Source: an uncultured virus (IMG/VR IMGVR_UViG_3300021087_000011) (taxonomy: Duplodnaviria > Heunggongvirae > Uroviricota > Caudoviricetes). Taken from it: a stretch of 20,000 bases of DNA. The stretch lies in the IMG/VR virus record IMGVR_UViG_3300021087_000011, one strand, 5' to 3'. Within the stretch, counting starts at the first letter, position 1, and every line of letters starts with the position of its first letter. Made by a program: the position numbers and the translations under genes. Shown here in pieces: positions 7,553-15,288 of the stretch. The notes below the pieces were generated by a model that was not told where the DNA came from, did not search any database, and saw nothing but the letters and a program-made list of their open reading frames with translations.

Positions 7553-8316
7553 CTGCCGTAGCCCCTCCACACTTGTCGCCGTCATCGATGTCCACCTTCC
7601 GTCAATGTCCCCTCAAGTTCAAGTACAACAAGATCGACAAAATCCCCGACCCTTCCGGCAAGGAAGCGTTGATGGGGAACTTTGTTCACGATGTTCTTGA
7701 AGAACTCTACGGCTTGCCCCCCGAAGATCGCTCCCAAGAACAAGCCCAGTCATTAGCAAGGAGCATATGGGATGGGCAAAATTGGGGACAGAGAGTCCAC
7801 CCTCTGGTTCCAGACGAAGAAGAGTACCGAATGTTCCGCTGGAAAGCGTGGTGGTGCATTGAGAACCTTTGGAAGATTGAAAACCCAGAACACGTTGAGC
7901 CTGACGGGTTGGAGTACGAACTCAACGGCGAAGTGTCTGGAGTGAAACTCAAAGGGTTCATCGACCGTTTCACTATGGACGAGAGCGGTGGGGTTGTTAT
8001 TTCGGACTACAAGACAGGCAAGGTTCCACGAGAACAATATGTCGATGACCGATTTCTACAACTACGCATTTATGGAACGCTGGTAGACACTTTAGATATT
8101 GGACGTACTGCCAGCCTGGAACTGCTTTACCTCAAAGATGGGGTCAAATTCGAAGTTCCCTTTAGTGAGGAAGTCCTTATTAATACAAGCGCGTATGTGA
8201 GAGACGTAAAGGATGACATCGATAAAGCCTGCGCTACCGGAGATTTCCCTGCACAGAAATCTGTTTTATGTGGTTGGTGTAGTTACAAGGGGATATGTCC
8301 ACTATGGAGCAACTGA
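7549..8316 (+). CDS. RecB-family / Cas4-like PD-(D/E)XK exonuclease with a 4-Cys Fe-S staple
   Basis: LSPSS...F.QCPLKF, G..VH..LE, GFIDR, DYKTG, QL.IY, C-terminal CGWC..KGICP. ATG 7549 overlaps the upstream stop. Confidence 0.9.
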   Translation: MTAVAPPHLSPSSMSTFRQCPLKFKYNKIDKIPDPSGKEALMGNFVHDVLEELYGLPPEDRSQEQAQSLARSIWDGQNWGQRVHPLVPDEEEYRMFRWKAWWCIENLWKIENPEHVEPDGLEYELNGEVSGVKLKGFIDRFTMDESGGVVISDYKTGKVPREQYVDDRFLQLRIYGTLVDTLDIGRTASLELLYLKDGVKFEVPFSEEVLINTSAYVRDVKDDIDKACATGDFPAQKSVLCGWCSYKGICPLWSN

Positions 8317-8333
8317 CTGGAGTAAAGGTAAGT

Positions 8334-8840
8334 ATGATGCCTGACGAATTTTTTGCTCGCCTGGTTGCGGACGATGTTAAAAATCGTGTCACAGCCCAGC
8401 AAAGAAAAGAGTTGATGCTCGAAGATAATTGGGACCGCTGGAAAAGGGGTCTCTTATCCTTGATTGACAATCTTGAAGACCAGGTTGAAGACATCAAGAT
8501 AGATGCCGAAGCGGATGCTGTCCGATATGGGGGCATGGGACGACACGGCAAGCGTTTGGCGGATGAGGCTGCGCGAGCCTATGAGATGCGGCAAACCAAG
8601 GTCGAGCGATTTCGTCTGCACGTTGAACGGCGTTTGGGTCAAGTGGAAAGCATGCTCAAAACAGGCCAGCCGATTGACGAGAACCCATGGGAGACGGTCG
8701 AGTTCTACCGTCGGGCAATCGTGACCCATCGGAACATGCTCAATGATTTCGACTTAGAGGACACGGCTATAGACCGAGCCCTATGGGCCACTCTTGAGAA
8801 CCGCTGGGACTTCGATGCGTTAGACCCGTCGGCCCTGTAA
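8334..8840 (+). CDS. Hypothetical helical/coiled-coil protein
   Basis: Open frame 8295-8840; probable start ATG 8334 after AAAGGT. TAATG overlap with the HNH gene. Confidence 0.75.
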   Translation: MMPDEFFARLVADDVKNRVTAQQRKELMLEDNWDRWKRGLLSLIDNLEDQVEDIKIDAEADAVRYGGMGRHGKRLADEAARAYEMRQTKVERFRLHVERRLGQVESMLKTGQPIDENPWETVEFYRRAIVTHRNMLNDFDLEDTAIDRALWATLENRWDFDALDPSAL

Positions 8841-9142
8841 TGAGAAGTCGTAGCAAAAAGAAACAGCGCGAGTATGTTGAGCGGCGCAAGTTGGTTAAAC
8901 GGCTACTGGAAGATCGTCCGTATTGTGAAGCCTGTCCAGTCTTCGCAGAACATGATCAGGCCGGATCATATGTCCGTAATGGCAGTGTTGATATCCACGA
9001 ATTGAAGCGTCGTTCTCAAGGGGGGTCCATTACAGATGAGTCAAACTGTATGGCGGTCTGTCGCCCCTGCCATCGACGGATTGGCGACTACCCCGAACTG
9101 GCCGTTGATCTTGGTCTTGCCAAAAGGAGTTGGATGGGATGA
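8840..9142 (+). CDS. HNH endonuclease
   Basis: CEAC...DIHELKRRSQGG....SNCMAVCRPCHRRI shows the zinc-binding CxxC pairs and the H-N-H core. Confidence 0.88.
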   Translation: MRSRSKKKQREYVERRKLVKRLLEDRPYCEACPVFAEHDQAGSYVRNGSVDIHELKRRSQGGSITDESNCMAVCRPCHRRIGDYPELAVDLGLAKRSWMG

Positions 9143-9690
9143 AGATCATGGGTTTGGACTTATCTCTCACCTCAACGGGAATTTGCATGGGAGACGATAA
9201 CTGTGTTGCATATCACTCTTACGACGAAGACACGGACCGACTGAGGGATATAAGAGACTTCGTAATAGGGTTGTGCATAGAGAACGATGTCAAGTGTGTA
9301 GTTATGGAAGGTTACTCTTTTGGCTCACGCAACAGGGCACATGCTCTGGGTGAGTTGGGAGGAGTTATGAAGGTGGCGTTTGACGAGGCGTGGATTCCTT
9401 ATGTGGTCGTGCCCCCCACCTCGCGAGCCAAGTTCGCTACTGGTCGGGGAAATGCCGGCAAGGCAGAAGTGGTTTCTGCCGTGTCATTCAGAACTCAACG
9501 TTCTTGGTCAGGCAAGGGTATAGATGATCGTATCGATGCTTGGGTGCTCCGGGAAATGGGTCTTCACCGATTGGGTCAGAGTGAGTATGAATGGCCTGTT
9601 GAAAATGTCAAGGCCCTCGATGGTATCGAGTGGGAGCCATTGTTAATGATGGCAGGAGTAGAGAATGGTGAACCGATCACAGCCGATTAG
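9139..9690 (+). CDS. RuvC-like Holliday junction resolvase
   Basis: MKIMGLDLSLTSTG, VVMEGYSF, ELGGV, KFATGRGNAGK.EV, DRIDA match the RuvC acidic catalytic motifs. ATGA overlap with HNH. Confidence 0.88.
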   Translation: MKIMGLDLSLTSTGICMGDDNCVAYHSYDEDTDRLRDIRDFVIGLCIENDVKCVVMEGYSFGSRNRAHALGELGGVMKVAFDEAWIPYVVVPPTSRAKFATGRGNAGKAEVVSAVSFRTQRSWSGKGIDDRIDAWVLREMGLHRLGQSEYEWPVENVKALDGIEWEPLLMMAGVENGEPITAD

Positions 9691-10012
9691 TCAGGTCGAC
9701 ATTGAGCATCAACTCATGTACCTGATCGAATCATTAGAAGGCGAGACAGAAGCGTTTGAGCAATTAGCAGAAGACGCCGCGAAAAAGGAGTCCCGCTACA
9801 AAGCCAGTTGGGCCAAGGAATACCTGTCGGCCAAGGGGTCGATTAAAGAGCGAGAGTCTTGGGCCGACTACAAGTTGGCAGACACCCAGTTTGACTTCAA
9901 GTGTGCCGAGGCTCTCGTCAAGGCCAAGCGAGAAAAACTGCTGTCACTGCGGACCTCGATTGATGCCATGCGAACGCTCAATGCAAATGTCAGATTCCAA
10001 GTGGGTCCATGA
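9665..10012 (+). CDS. Hypothetical coiled-coil protein (possibly UvsY-like recombination mediator)
   Basis: 115 aa, all helical, GGAG RBS, sits in a recombination cluster. The UvsY resemblance rests on size, helicity and context only. Confidence 0.7.
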   Translation: MVNRSQPISQVDIEHQLMYLIESLEGETEAFEQLAEDAAKKESRYKASWAKEYLSAKGSIKERESWADYKLADTQFDFKCAEALVKAKREKLLSLRTSIDAMRTLNANVRFQVGP

Positions 10013-10797
10013 TGGAACATAATGCGAATGAAGCGTTGGGCGACATGCTTGTTCCTTTGGATGAGTTGACACCGCTGGAACATAACCCGCGTGTGGGAAA
10101 TGTCGAAGCCATCATGGCTTCATATGAAGAATTTGGTCAAGTGAAACCGGTTGTGATTAGGCCAAACCAGGATGGCACTTCCACTGTCATCGCCGGGAAC
10201 CATCAGGTTGAAGCGGTTAGGCGGCTTGGGTGGACTCATATCGCTGCGGTTTCGATTGATGCCGACGATAAGCGAGCGGTTGCGTTTGCTCTCGCAGACA
10301 ACCGGACGATGGAGTTGGGGTATACGGACCCGGCTCAGGCTTCGGAAATGATTATCGAAATTGTTGATGAATACAACGATTTAATGGAGAGTCTCCAATG
10401 GGACGATTTTGAGATTGCATATTACGAAGAGCAATCTCAAAAAACCAAATCCAACGACAGCGACGGAATTGGTTTTATTACTCCGGCAATAGGGGAAGTG
10501 GTTGGGGCCGCAGCAGAGATGTTGGCTGGAATGGTTCAAGAGGGCGAGGATGGAGAACGACAAATCGTCGCTGACGACTCGATGGATCATGCTGATGTCG
10601 CAGTACAGGGGAGTACCGCTCTCGTTCCAGGTGCTGCCCCTCGTGCGGTAGTCCAATACACAATTGTTTTCGATGATCCCGACCAGCAGAAGCGGTGGTA
10701 CGACTTTGTCCGATGGCTTCGAAACAACCCGGGTTATGACGGAGCCACCACGGGACAGAAGATTCTTTCGTTTATAGACTCCCATTCAGAAGTATGA
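10009..10797 (+). CDS. ParB/Srx N-terminal domain protein with acidic linker and small C-terminal domain
   Basis: VPLDEL.P...NPR, SYEEFGQVKPVVI, VIAGNHQVEAVRRLGW, ALADNRT.ELG. Confidence 0.88.
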   Translation: MMEHNANEALGDMLVPLDELTPLEHNPRVGNVEAIMASYEEFGQVKPVVIRPNQDGTSTVIAGNHQVEAVRRLGWTHIAAVSIDADDKRAVAFALADNRTMELGYTDPAQASEMIIEIVDEYNDLMESLQWDDFEIAYYEEQSQKTKSNDSDGIGFITPAIGEVVGAAAEMLAGMVQEGEDGERQIVADDSMDHADVAVQGSTALVPGAAPRAVVQYTIVFDDPDQQKRWYDFVRWLRNNPGYDGATTGQKILSFIDSHSEV

Positions 10798-11924
10798 GCC
10801 GCCAAAGAATGTTTCTCGACATATCTTGTGTCGAGGCGGCTAGACAGAGAATCCGACACGTTTATGACACTTTCGATACGGTTTGCGTTCAATTCTCTGG
10901 GGGCAAAGACAGCACAGCGGCTCTGTATCTGGCCAAAGAGATTCACGAAGAGCGTGGTCTGGGTCCAGTAAAAGTCATCTTCCGTGATGAAGAGATGGTC
11001 AGCCCGCTTGTTGAGGAGTATGTCAATGAGGTCCGTCAGTTTGACTGGGTGGACATGGAGTGGTATTGCTTGCCGGTCGGTGCTGAAATTTGGGTGCTAG
11101 GCAGACGACAGTCTCTAATCATTTGGGATGAAGAGCGCGCAAAAGAAGGGAAATTGGTGCGCCCCATACCCGAATGGGCTATTACTGCATTTCATTTTGG
11201 TTTAGATCATTCCCAACCGTTGACCAAATCCATGGATGAATACACCATGCAAGGCAAGGTCGGGCAGGTTGCTTTCATCACTGGAGTCCGAGCCTCCGAG
11301 TCCATGATTCGTTACAGGTCGGTTGTCCAAAAGTTGCATGAGAACTACATCAACAACCCTTACAAGTTGAGTAAGAGTGTTCCCCTCAAGTTGGCCAAGA
11401 TCATCTACGACTGGAATGTAAATGATGTTTTCAGGTTCATCTCAGAAGAACACAACGCCCCCTACTGTAAGTACTACGACCGCGCTGTAGCCACTGGTTC
11501 CAATACAAGGGTTGGGGTTCCATTGCATGCAGTCGCCATCCGGCGAATTGGTGACCTTGTAGCGACCGAGCCGGAGTTCTTTGACCGCCTCTGCGAGTGC
11601 TTCCCTCAGATAGATGCCCAACGTCGATGGTGGAAAGACGTTGATGTAGAGAAATTCATCGCCCTCTACTCAGAGGAGGGGTGGGAAGGTGTCTCAGATT
11701 TCATTAATACCTACATGATTGGACCCGGAAACACTAAACGGGCAATGGCAATCGCCGCAGAGTTTCGCCGCAAACACGCTCGCGACCCATACTCATACCC
11801 ATTCGAAAACCTGTTGCGCCATTTACTACTGAAGGAAATTGGTAGCGCCAGGTCGGTTACCCCCGTGGGACCCAAAACGCGTGCCCACACATTACGAATG
11901 AAGGAGATGGCGGATGGAGATTGA
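10794..11924 (+). CDS. PAPS reductase-like PP-loop protein (IbrA/YbdN/DUF3440-like)
   Basis: QFSGGKDS PP-loop, F.DEE, WYCLP, W, GVRASES..R, IYDW...DVF, YYD.....G...RVG.P are motifs typical of the YbdN/IbrA group. Confidence 0.88.
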   Translation: MSRQRMFLDISCVEAARQRIRHVYDTFDTVCVQFSGGKDSTAALYLAKEIHEERGLGPVKVIFRDEEMVSPLVEEYVNEVRQFDWVDMEWYCLPVGAEIWVLGRRQSLIIWDEERAKEGKLVRPIPEWAITAFHFGLDHSQPLTKSMDEYTMQGKVGQVAFITGVRASESMIRYRSVVQKLHENYINNPYKLSKSVPLKLAKIIYDWNVNDVFRFISEEHNAPYCKYYDRAVATGSNTRVGVPLHAVAIRRIGDLVATEPEFFDRLCECFPQIDAQRRWWKDVDVEKFIALYSEEGWEGVSDFINTYMIGPGNTKRAMAIAAEFRRKHARDPYSYPFENLLRHLLLKEIGSARSVTPVGPKTRAHTLRMKEMADGD

Positions 11925-12480
11925 ACTAGTTGAGGGGGAGTCGCTGAATATTCCCGAATGGGGAGCCACTTACATCTTGAGGCCAGATCTACTGGTGTTG
12001 GCGAGATCTATTTCCGAGCATGGAATCCTTGCACCACTGGTAGTTCAGCGGGAAGGGTCTAACGTTATTGACGGTGGACAACGCCTGCGTCTGATTCTGG
12101 GAAACAAGCCCCTCAACGAAGCCTGCGAGGGCAAAGTTCCCATTGTGTGGGTTGACTGTGACGACACAGAAGCGATGATTCTTCATATCCAAATAAATCG
12201 AGGCCGTGGAGCGGTGGTCGCTCACAAGTTGTCCAGGTTGGTTAAAACGCTCAGGCGTGTTCTGCGTATGACCGATGCCCAATATAACGATTTGTTCAGT
12301 ATGAAATTCGATGAACTTGAATTGATGTTGGACGGTTCAATTATCAAACATCGGAAGGTCGCTAATCACAATTACTCTAGGGCGTGGGTTCCGATAGAGG
12401 CTCCGCCGGGAACAACTGATAGCGACATGGCTATTCGCCAAAAGGTCGCCATAGAGAAGCCGCCCAACGCCGACAGGTAG
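11914..12480 (+). CDS. ParB-like protein (IbrB/YbdM-like)
   Basis: L..SI.EHGILAPLVV, VIDGGQRL, VPIVWVD, AM.LHIQINRGRG. It lies directly downstream of the IbrA-like gene. Confidence 0.82.
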   Translation: MEIELVEGESLNIPEWGATYILRPDLLVLARSISEHGILAPLVVQREGSNVIDGGQRLRLILGNKPLNEACEGKVPIVWVDCDDTEAMILHIQINRGRGAVVAHKLSRLVKTLRRVLRMTDAQYNDLFSMKFDELELMLDGSIIKHRKVANHNYSRAWVPIEAPPGTTDSDMAIRQKVAIEKPPNADR

Positions 12481-12484
12481 TGAA

Positions 12485-12522
12485 TGGTAGACTCTACATA
12501 GATTCGAATCCTGTAGGAGTCT
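12485..12522 (+). promoter_or_regulatory. Extended -10 promoter (TGGTAGACT) embedded in a hairpin whose 3' arm contains the RBS AGGAG
   Basis: AGACTCTACA (12489-12498) pairs with TGTA-G-GAGTCT (12512-12522, one bulge) around an inner GAT-TCGA-ATC stem-loop. Confidence 0.55.
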
Positions 12523-12524
12523 CT

Positions 12525-12767
12525 ATGAAGTTAGGTATATTCGGTGGGTTTAGACTGCTTATGACACTCATGTCATTGCAGCATTTTTGGATCCAAATTA
12601 GTTGGGCTGATAGGTTCAAACGACGTGCGGGTAGAAGTCGTCGTGTCGCGAGCGCCGCCCTTCGGCGGAGGACTTCGGGGCGCCGAACCGAGAGCGTGCG
12701 AGACATCACGCGTCAAGTTTGGCAGAACCGAAGGACTGGTCGAACCCAGTCGAGCAAACCGTCCTAG
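12525..12767 (+). CDS. Small Arg-rich basic protein (80 aa)
   Basis: AGGAG RBS before ATG 12525: MKLGIFGGFRLLMTLMSLQHFWIQISWADRFKRRAGRSRRVASAALRRRTSGRRTESVRDITRQVWQNRRTGRTQSSKPS. Confidence 0.6.
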   Translation: MKLGIFGGFRLLMTLMSLQHFWIQISWADRFKRRAGRSRRVASAALRRRTSGRRTESVRDITRQVWQNRRTGRTQSSKPS

Positions 12768-12796
12768 TGGCTCGCCTGCAAAGGCGGTAAAAGCGT

Positions 12797-13447
12797 ATGG
12801 CATTAGTAACCAAAGCCGACATTGTTAAATACATGGATATCACGCTGACTCCTCTTCAAGAGGACACGGCGGACATCGTTCTTGCGGGTCTCCAGTCTGA
12901 AATGGAAACCTATTTAGGTCGTCCTGTTGAGGTCAACACATACACCAATGAAGTGCATGTGATGGGGTCAGACCATGTTGGTGTCCCAATGGGATCGTTT
13001 TTTAAGAACTACGACAATTCGGACACAACCTCTGGAGCCTGGCCCACCATTCAAACCTTTACCGACCCTCCTGAAACGGTTTACCTTCGCAACAGTCCTA
13101 TCGCAACAGTCACATCTGTTACCCGCACCCCTGCATCTGTTGGCGCTTCTGTCGAAACTTTAGCCGAACACACAAACTATGTTATTCGCCGTTATGGAAT
13201 TGACGTATATGGCAGTTCCCCTAATGACAAAATCACGGTCACTTATACGGCGGGTTTGACTGGCGCTAATATTCCGATGTTCAAGTTGATGATTTTACGC
13301 GCAGCGGCTCGGGAAATGCAGAACATGCATGACGACGTTGTGGGCATTAAGGACCTTGACCCACGGGAAACCACCTTGGCGGAAATCGGCTTTTTGGAGA
13401 AAGAACTACTCGCCCTCAAGAGGTACCGGCGCGTAAGGATCTCATAA
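12797..13447 (+). CDS. Head-tail connector/adaptor protein (HK97 gp6/SPP1 gp15-like)
   Basis: LVT..DI..YM, E.YLGR, L...PI..VTSV, VTYTAG, C-terminal L..YRR..I; first gene of the neck cluster. Confidence 0.75.
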   Translation: MALVTKADIVKYMDITLTPLQEDTADIVLAGLQSEMETYLGRPVEVNTYTNEVHVMGSDHVGVPMGSFFKNYDNSDTTSGAWPTIQTFTDPPETVYLRNSPIATVTSVTRTPASVGASVETLAEHTNYVIRRYGIDVYGSSPNDKITVTYTAGLTGANIPMFKLMILRAAAREMQNMHDDVVGIKDLDPRETTLAEIGFLEKELLALKRYRRVRIS

Positions 13448-13917
13448 TGCGCATCGATATTGATGTCGACTACGACGACGATGAGGCTCAGAACAAACTC
13501 GATGCCATAAAGCGACGGGGTAGGAACTTCAAAGACCCCCTAGAGGAAATTCGTGACGAGTTACAAAAAGCGTGGACCAAGAACTTCACAGCCAATGGTC
13601 TCGCAGTGGGGGGTTGGGCTCCTTTAGACGCGGAGTATGCGTCTTGGAAAGCCGCCAATTACCCGGGTGCACCACCACTCGTACAGACTGGGGAACTCTT
13701 TAAGGCCATCTCCTCTTTGCGTGGAGTGGAAGTTGACATTGATCGCCACAAGGCCGAATTCAGTCTAAATAATATTCGGGTAGCAAAGTTCCATCAGTAT
13801 GGAACGGAACATATGGCTAAACGCGAAATCATTTTTGAGCCGGCAGGAGCGAATAAGCGTTGGGGTAGGATGATCAGAGAATACCTTGAAGATGGCGGAG
13901 ATGGAGACCTGTTCTAA
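13447..13917 (+). CDS. Phage virion morphogenesis/neck protein (Mu gpG / P2 gpS-like)
   Basis: F...G....WAPL...Y...K, PLVQTGEL..., AKFHQYGT..M..R motifs. Confidence 0.8.
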   Translation: MRIDIDVDYDDDEAQNKLDAIKRRGRNFKDPLEEIRDELQKAWTKNFTANGLAVGGWAPLDAEYASWKAANYPGAPPLVQTGELFKAISSLRGVEVDIDRHKAEFSLNNIRVAKFHQYGTEHMAKREIIFEPAGANKRWGRMIREYLEDGGDGDLF

Positions 13918-14576
13918 TGCCAACACTTCCTAAACATGAGTTGATGCAGGGTGCTCATTTTGCCAAGCAGTATGTCACCGACTACCTTCAATCAGATCTT
14001 CCAGACCGCATACTTGATTACAGGAACGGCTGGCTATTGACTGATTCTGAATTGCCTCTTCCTGCTAGATACCTTAGTTATGAACCAGTGGCACTGGATA
14101 AGTGGCCCACCATAATTACGGTTGCCCTGACGACCAACAACATGGAACGCATTGGCTACGCAACGAGTCAGTACTCGCCCGAATATCGGATGTCCTACAA
14201 TATGAGGACCTACGTTTGGTGTCGATCCAGCAATTCCGAGGAGACGACACTCCAACGCGACCGCCTCACAACTGTCGTGCGTTCTGCACTGCTTGATTAT
14301 CCGAGCCTCCAGGCCACAGACACCACGAGAACTTTCCGTGCTGAAATTGATGAATCTGGCATGAGGGAAGAGTTTTCAGATTTGACCCCCCTCAAAGGTG
14401 AAAGATTTTTGGCTGGTGCATATTTAGGGTATGAACTGTCTCTAGATGAGGTTGTCATGCGTAAGGCTTACGGCCACGTCGACGAGGACGGGGTTTCCTT
14501 CGGGGTTAAAAATGTTGGAGTTGAGGACACCCTCACACTCGCATCCACTTTGGCTCAAGGGGGTGCTTCCGAATGA
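13917..14576 (+). CDS. Probable tail terminator/completion protein
   Basis: 219 aa, located between neck and sheath genes, with a WP.I.V motif and alternating beta/alpha pattern. The call is mostly positional. Confidence 0.55.
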   Translation: MPTLPKHELMQGAHFAKQYVTDYLQSDLPDRILDYRNGWLLTDSELPLPARYLSYEPVALDKWPTIITVALTTNNMERIGYATSQYSPEYRMSYNMRTYVWCRSSNSEETTLQRDRLTTVVRSALLDYPSLQATDTTRTFRAEIDESGMREEFSDLTPLKGERFLAGAYLGYELSLDEVVMRKAYGHVDEDGVSFGVKNVGVEDTLTLASTLAQGGASE

Positions 14577-14842
14577 TGCCGATAGTCGAAACCGATTGTG
14601 TCTGCAAGGAATTAAACAGTGTTCTTGACCCGGATGCTTTTGACTATGACCGCGCCAATTCTGTAGTAATCCACAACAACAGTGGATACATCTTGACGAC
14701 ATGCAAATATGGACACAGGGCTCCCATTTTTTCATTGACGCTATGTTCCCCCGACTATCCAAACATTGCGGAGGCGATCGAACGTAAGTCGGTGGTAATA
14801 AAGAGAGAGTATGATGCTCTCGGCCACCCCATAAGCAACTAA
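14573..14842 (+). CDS. Hypothetical protein (89 aa, several Cys)
   Basis: ATGA overlap with the upstream stop and fills the gap; no recognisable motif. Confidence 0.5.
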   Translation: MMPIVETDCVCKELNSVLDPDAFDYDRANSVVIHNNSGYILTTCKYGHRAPIFSLTLCSPDYPNIAEAIERKSVVIKREYDALGHPISN

Positions 14843-14847
14843 TAAGG

Positions 14848-14859
14848 TACAATCATCTC
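14848..14859 (+). promoter_or_regulatory. -10 element TACAAT in leaderless position
   Basis: TACAAT (14848-14853) lies 6 nt before ATG 14860, with no SD in between. Confidence 0.5.
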
Positions 14860-15165
14860 ATGGCAGATAAAACTTTCAAGCATTCAGACCACGCGTCTCA
14901 CCTCAGTGATCCTGATGGATTGACTTGGGTGCGTAATACATCTTTGTCAAATTTTACGGTTACCGATGAGGGGCATGTTCTGCCAACAAAAACTTGTGGG
15001 GGGTTGTCATCAGTAGATAAAACCACACAAGCACTCCTCGATAACGGAAGTCTTGCCCTATGTTCAGCCCCTGCTGCCGATAGAGCAAAGCCTCGTGAGA
15101 AAGAGGTAAAAAAGTCCGACACTAAAACTGGTGGCGGCCATACCCAAGAAGAAAAGTCCGATTAG
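14860..15165 (+). CDS. Hypothetical protein upstream of the sheath (charged low-complexity C-terminus)
   Basis: 101 aa ORF; small genes just before the sheath are common in myoviruses. Confidence 0.7.
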   Translation: MADKTFKHSDHASHLSDPDGLTWVRNTSLSNFTVTDEGHVLPTKTCGGLSSVDKTTQALLDNGSLALCSAPAADRAKPREKEVKKSDTKTGGGHTQEEKSD

Positions 15166-15288
15166 TAATGGACTTTAGAAGGATGACTCTTCAGAGCCTC
15201 TGTAGTGGTAATCTTATGGGTAGTAGTTGCACGGTGACCTCATAGGGTCGTCGTACAATATTAGACGAATACCAACGGGACGGTTCAT

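Noticed and set aside
7549..8316. Cas4-like nuclease as evidence of a CRISPR system
   Set aside because: No repeat-spacer array or other cas genes in the window; solo RecB/Cas4-like exonucleases next to annealases are common in phages.
8840..9142. HNH as an intron or homing element
   Set aside because: A short stand-alone gene coupled to both neighbours; it does not interrupt any gene and there is no flanking non-coding RNA space.
10794..11924. cysH auxiliary metabolic gene for sulfate assimilation
   Set aside because: It lacks the C-terminal ECGLH motif of true PAPS/APS reductases, and its motifs and ParB neighbours fit the IbrA/YbdN group.
12481..12512. tRNA-like fragments (GAATGGTAGAC D-loop-like; GATTCGAATCC T-loop-like)
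   Set aside because: Only ~8 nt separate them, leaving no room for an anticodon arm, and there is no acceptor stem; a promoter plus hairpin explains them better.
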